A stretch of 59,812 nt of DNA, taken from contig JBAZYR010000007.1 of the NCBI GenBank assembly GCA_041659225.1, forward strand, positions 1 to 59,812. The letters are read 5' to 3'. How positions within the stretch are numbered: the first letter of the stretch is position 1; the number at the start of each line of letters is the position of its first letter. A program made the translations under genes and the position numbers. Below the pieces are notes generated by a model. That model ran no database searches, had not been told where the DNA came from, and worked only from the letters and a program-made list of their open reading frames with translations. This DNA comes from Candidatus Staskawiczbacteria bacterium (GTDB taxonomy: Bacteria > Patescibacteriota > Minisyncoccia > Minisyncoccales > Staskawiczbacteraceae). Positions 1 to 9,300 of this stretch are shown here, piece by piece.

Positions 1-1318
1 GAGATCCGTTAGAACGGACTGGAGGAGTAGTATCACCCGTAGGACCGGCGCTAACTGAAAAAGATATTGTGTAGTCGTCAACGTTGGCATTGCCTGAAGC
101 ATCTTGGCACCTGATATAATAGATATAGGTAACACCGTTTGATAATCCTGAAACTATTTTCGAATGAGTGGTGCCCCCTGTGGTGCTAAAGGTGCCTGTG
201 GCGGAGGAATATGCGACTCCGGGGAGCGTGGAATATTTACAGGTTGAACCTTCATTTGTCCCTAGAGATAAATTGACCTGAGTAGTGCCCGATACCAAGG
301 TTCCAGATGGAAAACCGCTAGAACGGACAGGTGGGGTGGTGTCGGGCGGGACAGGAATAGTAAAAGAGATAACAAAGCTAGTAGTATTTTGATTCACCGC
401 CTTATCCTGACATAATATATTATATGAATGCGTACCAGCTGCGAGTCCTATTAAAAGCCGAGAGTGGTAAGTTTTCCATCCTCCAAATGTTAAGTAAACG
501 GGCGCATAACTATCTTGATACCAGCAAATCGCATCTTCGTTTGTGTTAAGAGAAATTGTAGCTTGAGTGGTTCCCGGAGCTAATGTCCCCGAGGGAGAAC
601 CGTTAGAACGAACAGGTGGGGTTATGTCGGGTTGTATTGTAAATGATATAGGATAATCGGTGGCATTAGTGTTCATGCCTGTATCAACACATCGCACATA
701 AAAAGTGAAATCGCCCGGCGCCAATCCCGAGATAATCTGGGAGTGTGATGTCCCCCCTGTAGAAGAGAATGCGTTGGACATCGCAAAGAAATTAGTCTCC
801 GGATAAAATGAATACCTACAGGCAGAAACTTCATTTGTTTTAAGAGAAATGGTAACTTGAGTAGTTCCATTAGGTAAATTTCCTGAAGGAGAACTGTTAT
901 AAATCCCGGGGGCGGTAAAATTTTGTGGTACGGCGCCGACTAAGAAAGATATCAGATAGTCATCTGTATTAGTATTGCCCCATGCATCTTGACATTTGAT
1001 GTAAAAAGTAAAATTACCACCAACATAAAATCCAGTGTTAACGAACGCGTGCAAATTCGCCCCAGTAGTACTAAATGTGTTATTCATCGCAGAATATGTA
1101 ACGCCTGGTGTAGACGAATATTTGCAAGTGGCATCCTCGTCGGTGCTGAGGGAAACCATGATACCCAACCGGGCAGTATCAGTATTTATCGAACCTGTCG
1201 GAAAACCGCTTGAGCGTAAGGGAGGAGCAGTTTCAGAGGCCAAGACTGAGGGTCCGGGTTGAAAAAGTAATAAAAACGATCCGCAAAATATTAAGCCTAT
1301 TCTTCGAAAATTTATCAT
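1..1318 (-). CDS. Secreted protein with tandem ~105-aa Ig-like (Big_5/SbsA-like) repeats; partial, C-terminus lies beyond the window edge. Not in the supplied ORF track.
   Basis: ATG at 1318-1316, open to position 2 by manual translation. Signal peptide MINFRRIGLIFCGSFLLLFQPGPSVLA. At least 4 repeats of TPPVRS.G.PSG.L..GTTQ..ISL.TNE...C.Y....Y......F.TTGG..H...I.GL..G...F...C.D..GN.N..DY.ISF. Confidence 0.8.
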   Translation of the reverse strand, partial: MINFRRIGLIFCGSFLLLFQPGPSVLASETAPPLRSSGFPTGSINTDTARLGIMVSLSTDEDATCKYSSTPGVTYSAMNNTFSTTGANLHAFVNTGFYVGGNFTFYIKCQDAWGNTNTDDYLISFLVGAVPQNFTAPGIYNSSPSGNLPNGTTQVTISLKTNEVSACRYSFYPETNFFAMSNAFSSTGGTSHSQIISGLAPGDFTFYVRCVDTGMNTNATDYPISFTIQPDITPPVRSNGSPSGTLAPGTTQATISLNTNEDAICWYQDSYAPVYLTFGGWKTYHSRLLIGLAAGTHSYNILCQDKAVNQNTTSFVISFTIPVPPDTTPPVRSSGFPSGTLVSGTTQVNLSLGTNEGSTCKYSTLPGVAYSSATGTFSTTGGTTHSKIVSGLSNGVTYIYYIRCQDASGNANVDDYTISFSVSAGPTGDTTPPVRSNGS

Positions 1319-1400
1319 ATTTTTTACATGTTTAAATTAATTTCTTTATTATACACCAAAAGCAACTAAAAATAGTACGGGTGTTGATAACTCCTAACCA

Positions 1401-1422
1401 AAAACCGCCCGAAGGCGGTTTT
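1401..1422 (-). terminator. Intrinsic terminator after the 1453..2208 gene
   Basis: Minus strand reads AAAACCGCC-UUCG-GGCGGUUUU followed by U-rich tail: 9-bp stem with UUCG tetraloop, 30 nt after the stop codon. Confidence 0.7.
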
Positions 1423-1452
1423 CAGATACTCAACTATTCTAATCGGTAGGCT

Positions 1453-2208
1453 TTATAAATTATCTGAAGAAGAGTTCTCTCCTGAGGCTGGACCCTTGCA
1501 CGCCTTTCTCGCAGTAGAGTATTGGTTCCAAGCCGCTTTTCTTGAAACGCTATATGCGGTTTTGGCATCTTTCTTTGATTTGGTAAAAGCAGACCAAGCC
1601 GCTTTGACAGCTTTGTTTCTTTCAATTGTATTGGATATCGTCCATGCTGCTGTTAAGGCCGAGCTTCTTACTGTCAGTGCTGATGTTATCGCGCTTGAAT
1701 AAGCCGAAAAAGCTGTTTGAATCGCAGCTTCCCGCACGGTTAAAGCAGCAGAAACGCATGGGAGTACAGTTGTGCTCAGGCAGCTATCGTTTGTAGTACA
1801 CTCATTAGCACCAGGTCCTGGAACTAGTACGCACTTGTTATCAACATTACAAGCTTTCTTTGGACATGGACCCCATGCTCCGGCTGCAGTACAGGTTTGC
1901 TTACCTCCGGTAGAACAAGCTTTTACAGCTCCGGGAGTACAGGTGGTATTCTGGCATGCTCCCCATGTTCCGTCTGCGGCACAGGTTTGTGTACCACCAT
2001 TAGAACAGGGCTGTACAGCTCCGGGAAGACAAGCGGTGGTATTCTGGCATGGACCCCAAGTTCCGGCTGCAGTACAGGTTTGCGTACCCCCGTTGGAACA
2101 AGGTTGTGTAGCTCCGGAGGTACAGTCATCCGCCGACGCAAAAAAAGATACGCCTAGCAAGGCGATACCTATAACAAAAAATCCTAAAAAGATATTAAAT
2201 TTTTTCAT
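1453..2208 (-). CDS. Secreted cysteine-rich repeat protein with Ala/Ser-rich helical C-terminal half
   Basis: Signal peptide MKKFNIFLGFFVIGIALLGVSFFASA. Three tandem units of PGAVQPCSNGGTQTC.A.GTWG.CQNTT, then a repetitive SA.T.R..A..AW segment. Confidence 0.8.
   Translation of the reverse strand: MKKFNIFLGFFVIGIALLGVSFFASADDCTSGATQPCSNGGTQTCTAAGTWGPCQNTTACLPGAVQPCSNGGTQTCAADGTWGACQNTTCTPGAVKACSTGGKQTCTAAGAWGPCPKKACNVDNKCVLVPGPGANECTTNDSCLSTTVLPCVSAALTVREAAIQTAFSAYSSAITSALTVRSSALTAAWTISNTIERNKAVKAAWSAFTKSKKDAKTAYSVSRKAAWNQYSTARKACKGPASGENSSSDNL
1833..2130 (-). repeat. Tandem ~99-nt coding repeats (Cys-rich modules)
   Basis: Near-identical stretches such as ccggctgcagtacaggtttgc recur at ~1881 and ~2063. 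Antisense ORFs in the track mirror the repeat. Confidence 0.7.
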
Positions 2209-2280
2209 TTTTTTGATTTTTAAATACTAATTAAGTCGACCATACGTAGATTACTATTAATTATATGCCCAAATAATTAA

Positions 2281-2314
2281 AAAACAAATGCTAGACGCTT
2301 TTAACGTCTAGCAT
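2281..2314 (-). terminator. Intrinsic terminator after rpsI
   Basis: Minus strand: AUGCUAGACG-UUAAAAG-CGUCUAGCAU (10-bp stem) followed by UUGUUUUUU. Confidence 0.75.
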
Positions 2315-2334
2315 TGGAGATTCATTATTACAGA

Positions 2335-2898
2335 TTACCTCTTCGCCCACTGAGGCGCCCTTCTTGCTCTCTTGAGACCGAACTTCTTTCTTTCGCGCAT
2401 TCGTGGATCGCGGGTTAAATATCCTGCTTTTCTTAATCGTTTCCTGAAGTTAGGATTAAAATTCACAAGAACTCTGGCAATGCCATGTCGTATTGCTTCC
2501 GCTTGGGCATGACTGCCTCCCCCGCTAACCACAGCTGTCACCCGGAACCTGTCTAGGCACTTCATTTTTTTCAAAGCTGAAATGGCAATTTCCCGGATAT
2601 CTGGATGGGGAAAATATGTCTGGTATGATTTGTTATTTACCAAAAACTCTTTTTCTCCGCGAGTGTAGAATCTAACTCTTGCTACGGCAGTCTTCCTTCT
2701 GCCTGTGGCCTCGTAATATTTATCGGACTTGGCGTCTTTTTCGGAGATCAAAAAATCATCGGCAGTAATTCCGTCGTCTTCATCAAACTTCACTTCTACC
2801 GGTTTTCGGACCACAATTGGTGCAGCTACCTCAACTGGAGCGACTGCCTTTGCTACCTTCTCCGGTTTTTCTTTTTTAACGATTGGCTTTTTTGGCAT
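2335..2898 (-). CDS. rpsI: 30S ribosomal protein S9 with ~55-aa Lys/Pro/Val-rich N-terminal extension
   Basis: GRRKTAVARVRF ... GGGSHAQAEAIRHGIARVL ... LTRDPRMRERKKFGLKRARRAPQWAKR. Confidence 0.95.
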   Translation of the reverse strand: MPKKPIVKKEKPEKVAKAVAPVEVAAPIVVRKPVEVKFDEDDGITADDFLISEKDAKSDKYYEATGRRKTAVARVRFYTRGEKEFLVNNKSYQTYFPHPDIREIAISALKKMKCLDRFRVTAVVSGGGSHAQAEAIRHGIARVLVNFNPNFRKRLRKAGYLTRDPRMRERKKFGLKRARRAPQWAKR

Positions 2899-2907
2899 AA
2901 ATATCGA

Positions 2908-3285
2908 TTATTGAAACTTTAATCTTTTAATTTGTTTTGGTCGCAATCTGTTTTTAGGAAGCATTCCGAAAACTGCCCTTCTCAAAACCTCGCCTGGGTT
3001 AGACGGGAAAAGAACTTTCAATGTTTCTGTCTTTAAATTTCCCAAGTATCCTGTGTGATGATGATATTTTTTCTGTTCAATCTTCTTTCCGGTTATTTTC
3101 ATTTTCCCTGCGTTCTTGATTATAACAACATCGCCCATGTCTTGGTTCAAAACAAAATCGGGCTTTCCTTTGCCTCTGAGCAAAACCGCAATTTCTGTGG
3201 CTAATCTGCCTAAAACCTTGCCGTCTGCGTCAATGATATGCGTTTCCCGTTTGTATGAACTTGTGATTGAAACTTTCTTTACCAT
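2908..3285 (-). CDS. rplM: 50S ribosomal protein L13
   Basis: IIDADGKVLGRLATEIAVLLRGKGKPDF ... HHTGYLG; sits directly upstream of rpsI. Confidence 0.95.
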   Translation of the reverse strand: MVKKVSITSSYKRETHIIDADGKVLGRLATEIAVLLRGKGKPDFVLNQDMGDVVIIKNAGKMKITGKKIEQKKYHHHTGYLGNLKTETLKVLFPSNPGEVLRRAVFGMLPKNRLRPKQIKRLKFQ

Positions 3286-3286
3286 G

Positions 3287-3637
3287 TTATTTTACTAATT
3301 CAAAAATTACCATTTGGGCGCCGTCAGCAGTCCTTTGACCGAGCCGAATAATTCTAGTATATCCGCCCTTTCTCTCTGTGTATCTTGGCGCGATCTCGCC
3401 AACTAGCTTCTTGACTATCCTCGGCGATAAATCCTGGGCCAATAGTCTAGTGGAAGCTAATCCACCTTTTTTGGCTTTAGTTATTAACTTTTCAGCTATC
3501 ATTCTTGCTTCTTTTGCCTTAGCCTCGGTAGTTTTTATTCTTTCGCGTAAAAAAAGGTTCTCAGCTAGCCCTCGTAGCAAGGCTGTGCGCTGATCCATTT
3601 TCCTTCCAAATTTTCTTCCCTGATTTCGCTTACGCAT
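3287..3637 (-). CDS. rplQ: 50S ribosomal protein L17
   Basis: RKFGRKMDQRTALLRGLAENLFLRERIKTTEAKAKE; follows rpoA. Confidence 0.95.
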   Translation of the reverse strand: MRKRNQGRKFGRKMDQRTALLRGLAENLFLRERIKTTEAKAKEARMIAEKLITKAKKGGLASTRLLAQDLSPRIVKKLVGEIAPRYTERKGGYTRIIRLGQRTADGAQMVIFELVK

Positions 3638-3639
3638 GA

Positions 3640-4428
3640 TTACTTCTTTGCTTTTTTTACTTTTTTAACTTTTACTTCTTTCTTTGCTTTTTGGGGTTTT
3701 GCCGTATCTTCTCCGTCTTCTTTACGGAGAACCTTTTCTGCATCCATCGTGTGAGGTTCAACAAAAATATTAAAGTGTTTTATTAAAATCTGGCAAGAGT
3801 CGGCAAATGCTTCCTCTGGTGTTATTGTGCCGTCAGTTTCAATTCTAAGGTTCAATCTGTCATAGTCGGTTCTGTCCCCTACGCGCATATTTTCAATCTG
3901 GAAACTTACGGTCTTGATCGGCGTATAAATCGCATCTAATGCAATAACTCCGATTTCTGACTTCTTCTTTTTCCTTCGATCTTTAGGCTCATACCCCAAT
4001 CCTCTTTCGATTAAAATCTCCATTTCAATTTCAGCTTTGGCGTTAGTCAAAGTGGCGATATGGCAATCGGGGTTAGCGAGCTTAACCTGCGAAGGAATTT
4101 TGAAATCAGAACCTTTTATTTTCCTTTCCCCCTTCACTTTTAGTTCAATTTTATGCGATTCTCCCTCGAATATCTTAAAACGTAAATTCTTTAAATTCTG
4201 GACAATCATTATTACGTCCTCTAAAGCGCCTGGTATGGTTGAAAATTCGTGTTGCACCCCTTTAATCTTCACTTCGGTTACGGCAACTCCAGGAAGAGAA
4301 GAAAGCAAAACCCTTCGCAAAGCGTTTGCAATTGTTACTCCATAACCTGGATATAGGCCTTCGATTTGAAATACGGCCTGATCCTTTTCTTTTTGAACTA
4401 CTTTTGGCGAGAGGGGATAAGAAATCAT
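3640..4428 (-). CDS. rpoA: DNA-directed RNA polymerase alpha subunit: N-terminal domain only, with a Lys-rich tail
   Basis: GYGVTIANALRRVLLSSLPG ... canonical alpha-NTD in the rpsD-rpoA-rplQ context. Only 262 aa, ending KPQKAKKEVKVKKVKKAKK. Confidence 0.9.
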   Translation of the reverse strand: MISYPLSPKVVQKEKDQAVFQIEGLYPGYGVTIANALRRVLLSSLPGVAVTEVKIKGVQHEFSTIPGALEDVIMIVQNLKNLRFKIFEGESHKIELKVKGERKIKGSDFKIPSQVKLANPDCHIATLTNAKAEIEMEILIERGLGYEPKDRRKKKKSEIGVIALDAIYTPIKTVSFQIENMRVGDRTDYDRLNLRIETDGTITPEEAFADSCQILIKHFNIFVEPHTMDAEKVLRKEDGEDTAKPQKAKKEVKVKKVKKAKK

Positions 4429-4442
4429 ATTAATTATTAAAA

Positions 4443-5072
4443 TTAACGTGAATAAAACTCGAAAATTATTGAGATCTCGGCAGGAGGCATTACCTCGGCA
4501 AGTGATGGCTCCCCTTTAACTTTTCCTATTAATGTATCTTTATTGATTTCTAGCCAGGATGGTATTGTTCTCTTTTTAAGCTGTACTTCAATATCTTTAA
4601 AGGCTCCCTTTTTCTTTTTGCCTTCCCGGATAGCTATTAGGTCGCCCTTCTTCATTTTGAACGATGGTATATTCACGGTTTTGTTGTTCACCAAGAAATA
4701 TCCGTGGGAAACCATCTGCCTTGCATTAGTTCTGGATTTAGCTAGGCCTAAGTTAAAAACTACGCTGTCTAATCTTTTTTCTAATCTTTTGATAAGCTCG
4801 TCGGCAATATCCTGAATTTTCCCTCGTTTTTCCAAAATATCTACAACATATTGCTTGAATTGGTATTCAGGCAAACCATACCAGCGTCTTAGTTTCTGTT
4901 TTTCGGTTAAAGCTTTTTTGTAGCCTGAAGCAGCGCCTGGCCTTCTCTTTTTCTCCGGACCAGGAGGAAAGGCCCTCTTAATCATAGCGCATTTCGCTGA
5001 TGCGCATCTTTCACCCTTTAGAAACAACTTCTGGCCGACTCTCCTGCAAATTTTACATTTATTGCTGTTCAT
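4443..5072 (-). CDS. rpsD: 30S ribosomal protein S4 (Cys4 zinc-finger form)
   Basis: CKICRRVGQKLFLKGERCASAKC N-terminus, S4 domain VSHGYFLVNNKTVNIPSF. Confidence 0.95.
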   Translation of the reverse strand: MNSNKCKICRRVGQKLFLKGERCASAKCAMIKRAFPPGPEKKRRPGAASGYKKALTEKQKLRRWYGLPEYQFKQYVVDILEKRGKIQDIADELIKRLEKRLDSVVFNLGLAKSRTNARQMVSHGYFLVNNKTVNIPSFKMKKGDLIAIREGKKKKGAFKDIEVQLKKRTIPSWLEINKDTLIGKVKGEPSLAEVMPPAEISIIFEFYSR

Positions 5073-5073
5073 A

Positions 5074-5529
5074 TTATACGCGCCTTACTTTCCTCGCCCT
5101 GCAGCCATTGTGAGGAATAGGTGTTACGTCTTTAATTGCTGCAATGTTTAAACCTTGGGCCATTAACGCTCTGATAGCTGAGTCTCTTCCCGGGCCGATG
5201 CCTTTGACATAAACGTGAATCCTTCTTATCCCTAATTTGATGATAATTCCGGCAATCATTTCTCCTACCTTAGAAGAAGCGAAAGCGGTTCCCTTTTTAG
5301 CTCCTTTAAAACCAACCGAGCCAGCGCTTTTCCAGGCCAAAGCCTTACCAGTAAAATCAGTAAGTGTAATCATTGTATTATTATATGAAGAAGAAATGAA
5401 AACCTTTCCGTCGGTCCCAGCTTGAGGCGCAGAAGTAATTCTAGCCTCTTTTTTAAATCCTGCCTCTATTTTATCGGTTTCTTTTATTATCTCTTCTTGA
5501 GATTTTTGTATAACGTGTTTTTTCCCCAT
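5074..5529 (-). CDS. rpsK: 30S ribosomal protein S11
   Basis: FNNT-like SSYNNTMITLTD, GFKGAKKGTAFA, C-terminal DVTPIPHNGCRARKVRRV. Confidence 0.95.
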   Translation of the reverse strand: MGKKHVIQKSQEEIIKETDKIEAGFKKEARITSAPQAGTDGKVFISSSYNNTMITLTDFTGKALAWKSAGSVGFKGAKKGTAFASSKVGEMIAGIIIKLGIRRIHVYVKGIGPGRDSAIRALMAQGLNIAAIKDVTPIPHNGCRARKVRRV

Positions 5530-5541
5530 TTCTTTAAATTA

Positions 5542-5931
5542 TTATGTTGGAGCTGCTGCAGCTTTTCTGCCAGAACCCATTGTCTTCCTGGTGTTCCCTC
5601 GGACGGTTCGTGTATTAGTCTTTGTTCTTTGGCCTCTTACTGGCAAACCCTTAATGTGTCTGTATCCTCTCCAGCAGCCGATGTCTTTTAACCTTTTTAC
5701 GTTCACCATTGTCTGACGTCGCAAATCTCCTTCAATTTTATAGTGTTTCTCGATAATCTCTCTTAAAGAATTAACTTCCTGTGCAGTTAAGTCTTGCGAT
5801 TTCTTGGTTGGATCAACTTTAACTTCTTTGAGGATTTTTCTACTTAAATGATCCCCTATTCCGTAAATGTAGGTTAAAGCGACTACTATTATTTTATTGT
5901 CAGGGATTGTAACTCCCGCTATTCTTGGCAT
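5542..5931 (-). CDS. rpsM: 30S ribosomal protein S13
   Basis: MPRIAGVTIPDNK ... CWRGYRHIKGLPVRGQRTKTN. Confidence 0.95.
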   Translation of the reverse strand: MPRIAGVTIPDNKIIVVALTYIYGIGDHLSRKILKEVKVDPTKKSQDLTAQEVNSLREIIEKHYKIEGDLRRQTMVNVKRLKDIGCWRGYRHIKGLPVRGQRTKTNTRTVRGNTRKTMGSGRKAAAAPT

Positions 5932-5933
5932 AC

Positions 5934-6047
5934 TTATCCTTGTCTTTGTTTATGTTTTGGATTGCTGCAGATAACGCAAACGCGCCGTTTCCTTTTGACG
6001 ATTTTACACTTGCTGCATATTTTTTTTACTGAAGGTCTTACTTTCAT
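5934..6047 (-). CDS. rpmJ: 50S ribosomal protein L36 (37 aa; below the ORF-track size cutoff)
   Basis: Manual translation gives [37 protein letters not shown], between infA and rpsM. Confidence 0.9.
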   Translation of the reverse strand: MKVRPSVKKICSKCKIVKRKRRVCVICSNPKHKQRQG

Positions 6048-6111
6048 TTGCGTTAAAAATTAAAAAACAAACTTCTAAAGTTATTTTAGATTTAATTACG
6101 AAGTTTCACTT

Positions 6112-6339
6112 TTATCGTAATCTATATGTGATCCTTCCTTTCTCGTCATCATACGGGGTCATCTCAATCGAGACCCGATCTCCTGGCAAAATGGTGATTC
6201 GATTCATCCTCATCTTGCCGGATAGAACGGCCCTGATCTCCTTTCCGTCATCTAATTTTACCTTAAAAAAGGTATTTGGCAATGCCTCAGTAACCTGTCC
6301 CTCTTTCTTGATTATTTTTTTCGCTGGATTTTCGCTCAT
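6112..6339 (-). CDS. infA: Translation initiation factor IF-1
   Basis: [52 protein letters not shown]. Confidence 0.95.
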   Translation of the reverse strand: MSENPAKKIIKKEGQVTEALPNTFFKVKLDDGKEIRAVLSGKMRMNRITILPGDRVSIEMTPYDDEKGRITYRLR

Positions 6340-6387
6340 TTAGTGTAGCTTTGATAATAGCAAACTTATTCCAAACGGTCAACCCCT

Positions 6388-9300
6388 TTATTTGGACATA
6401 CCATTCACCCACCCCCGCGTCCCAGGCCCGAAGTAACCGGTGGCAGAAATCGTGTAACCAGATAAATTGGATATTTCTGCTTTGTATTTATTCTGGAAGC
6501 ACTGAACTGCCTTTAGAGTCAAAGGACCAAAGTAGGTGGTATTGGAAACTCCGGATATGCAATCTTCTGCAGCTAAGATTAATTTTAGCTGGATAACATC
6601 CTTATCGACTATCCCCAGGTATAGGTTCTTGTTAAATATATATTGCAACTCGGGATCAGTGACTTTCTCCTGATTGTAGACAATACTGTCTGATACCGCA
6701 GCGGAAGCCTGTCCATATTTAGTGAAGAACTTAGCGTAGATAGTCTTTGTTCCATTACCTTCGGGGAGCATCCATGTTGTTGTCGCAAGATATTGCGTTT
6801 GAACCGCATTAGTAAACTCAGGGTTGTCAGAGAGTGCCATTCTGAGAGTGTCAGAACCTGCGGCAAGGGCAAGAGTAACTATCCTTGAGTTAGTCGTTGA
6901 AGCATTGCTGTTGATAGAGACAGAAAAACCCCCTTGAGGAATGATTGGGGGTTGAAGGGCTCCAGCGGGCAAACCACCTCCACCGCAACTTAAAGTGGTG
7001 GCAGCAGAGATGTCTGTGTAGCTAGTCGACAGTCCATCCCCGTTTCTAGCTTTTACCTTAAAGGAGTAGCTTTTGCTACAAGTAAGGTCTGAGGACGCCC
7101 AAGAAGTATCGGTCGTCCAACCTGAATTAGTAGAAGCCGTGGTGTTTTCAATATAGTATTGGGTGCCGACTGGATTGGAATTGGCTGACCAGGAAGCAGT
7201 GATTTGAGAAGCTGAGTCAGCAACAAGCGTCAGTGAAGAAGGGACATTAGGAAGAACATTGACCGTAATCGAACCCGTACCGGTCCCAGGATAAGGCCAA
7301 TCATCAGTTGCACTGACAACCAAAGTAAATTGTGAATTAATTTGAGAATCGAAAGCCGATGGATCATTTACTGTTATCGCACCAGTGGAAGAATTAATCG
7401 CAAAAGCACTGCCGGTATTACCGCTGACGAAGGCGTAAGAAAGTGAATCGCCGCCATGGGAATCAGTCGCGCTAACTGTGCCCACTGCGGTACCGGCGAC
7501 TGAACCGGTGGTAATCGATAGGGTGGCAGCAGTGACTGCGGGCACGCTGTTAGGTACAAAAGCACTTAAGTCCAACGCGGTGACCTGATAACCGCCGCCA
7601 TCACCGAGAGTAACGATAGCGTCATTAATCTCATCAATATACCTACCGATAAAAGGACCGCTGACCACCGTCTGATTGGTCAAAACGAGAACGGGCTGAT
7701 CGTTAACGACAAAAAATCCGGCGTCGCCAGAGTCCCCAGCAATAATGTCTCCTCGAAAAGCATAGCGTTCAGAATCGGTTGGTGAAGGCGTTTCATGAAT
7801 GATTGAGGCATCAGTAATTGTCCCAAGGCCGAACCCCACCATATCTTTTAGAATCGGACTATCAAGTTGGTTGAATAATACTAGAGGAACGCGGAGACTG
7901 GAAGAATAGTCTTTAAATTGCTCGTACGACATGATGGGATAGTAAGCAATCGTGGCGGGAACTGCTGCGTTAAGCACCAATAATTGTATATCAGAGTCGC
8001 CAATCTGCATCTGGTCAGACACTGTTCTGCTAACAATGGTATTGTCAGCTGTTACAAAGATAACCGTGGAATTGTTGTTTATAGGATAGTGGTTGGCAAC
8101 CAAAACATGAAGCGGAGTAATTAAGGTACCAGCACGATAATAGCCATTGGAGTTCCATGGCGAAACACCGGTGAAGTCAAGGTCTGCCCCCCAAAAAGAA
8201 CTGTTTCTGCTCCAGCCGCTAGCTCCGTTACCTCTGGTCGCCCAAATATCTTGGGTGGAGTCACTGGGAGTTAGACTGGTTAAACGATTCTCCACCTCGT
8301 AGGTCATTTCTTCACAGAGATCCGATGAATTCAAGGGGGAACAGCCCACCACCGATGAAGGCCAGGTCTCATCCTCTGTAATGCCGACGCTAACCGGAGA
8401 GGCGTCGTAATTGTTATAATCCGTATCGGTCGAAGTGATTGATTCGGTAATCTGCGCGATTCTATTGCCAGAATAAGCAGAATCATTTAAAGCTGAAACA
8501 GTAACAGTTTGGCCGATACTCCAATTGTCAGCAGTAAATGTAAGCGTGCTAGGAGATATGGAAATCGAAGAACCGTAACCGGGAGCAGTAACAGCTAACG
8601 AGATAACAACATTGGCAGTAGGTTCAGTTGAGAGACTGATGGAGAATGAATCGCTTGCGCCCTCCGTGACAGAGACTGTAGATGGTGAGGCTACTGGCCG
8701 AGGCGTAGTATCAGCTAACAGTGAGTACGAAAAAATAGTCCCAACGTTGGCATTGCCACCGATACTGGTCAACCCGTAGAGCGTGGAGCCGGAAAGGACT
8801 AAGGACCCATAGGGATTAGCACCGTCATCAACCCCGCCGGCGAAATTGTGAAGCACCGTGAAGCCCGAGCCGTCAACTCCGACTGAAAAGATATCTCCAA
8901 CGAGGGAACTGCCGCCAGTACTGGTCATTCCGTAAAAAATGGAGTCAAAGATAATAAGTGATCCTAAAGGATTATTCCCAGCTGCATTTATAAAATCGTA
9001 AAGCACCGTGAAGCCCGAGCCGTCAACTCCTACAGAGAAAATTGTTCCGACGTTAGAATCGCCCCCGCTCTTAGTCATTCCATAAAGCGTGGAGCCGGAG
9101 AGGACCAGAGAATCATAACTAGGACTAGCGCCGTCATTAGGCTGGCCGGCAAACTCGTGAAGCAGAGTGAAGTTTAAACCATTAGTTCCGATTGAAAAAA
9201 TAGTTCCGACGTTGGCGTCGCCACCAGTGTTGGTCATTCCATAAAGCGTGGAGCCCGAAAGTATCAAGGAGCTATATGGATCAGAACCGTCAGCAACTCC

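Noticed and set aside
1496-2230. Plus-strand ORFs 1496..1702, 1772..2230 and 1897..2157, and minus-strand ORF 1923..2141.
   Set aside because: These are shadow frames of the Cys-rich repeat gene 1453..2208. Their repeat periodicity simply mirrors the coding repeats.
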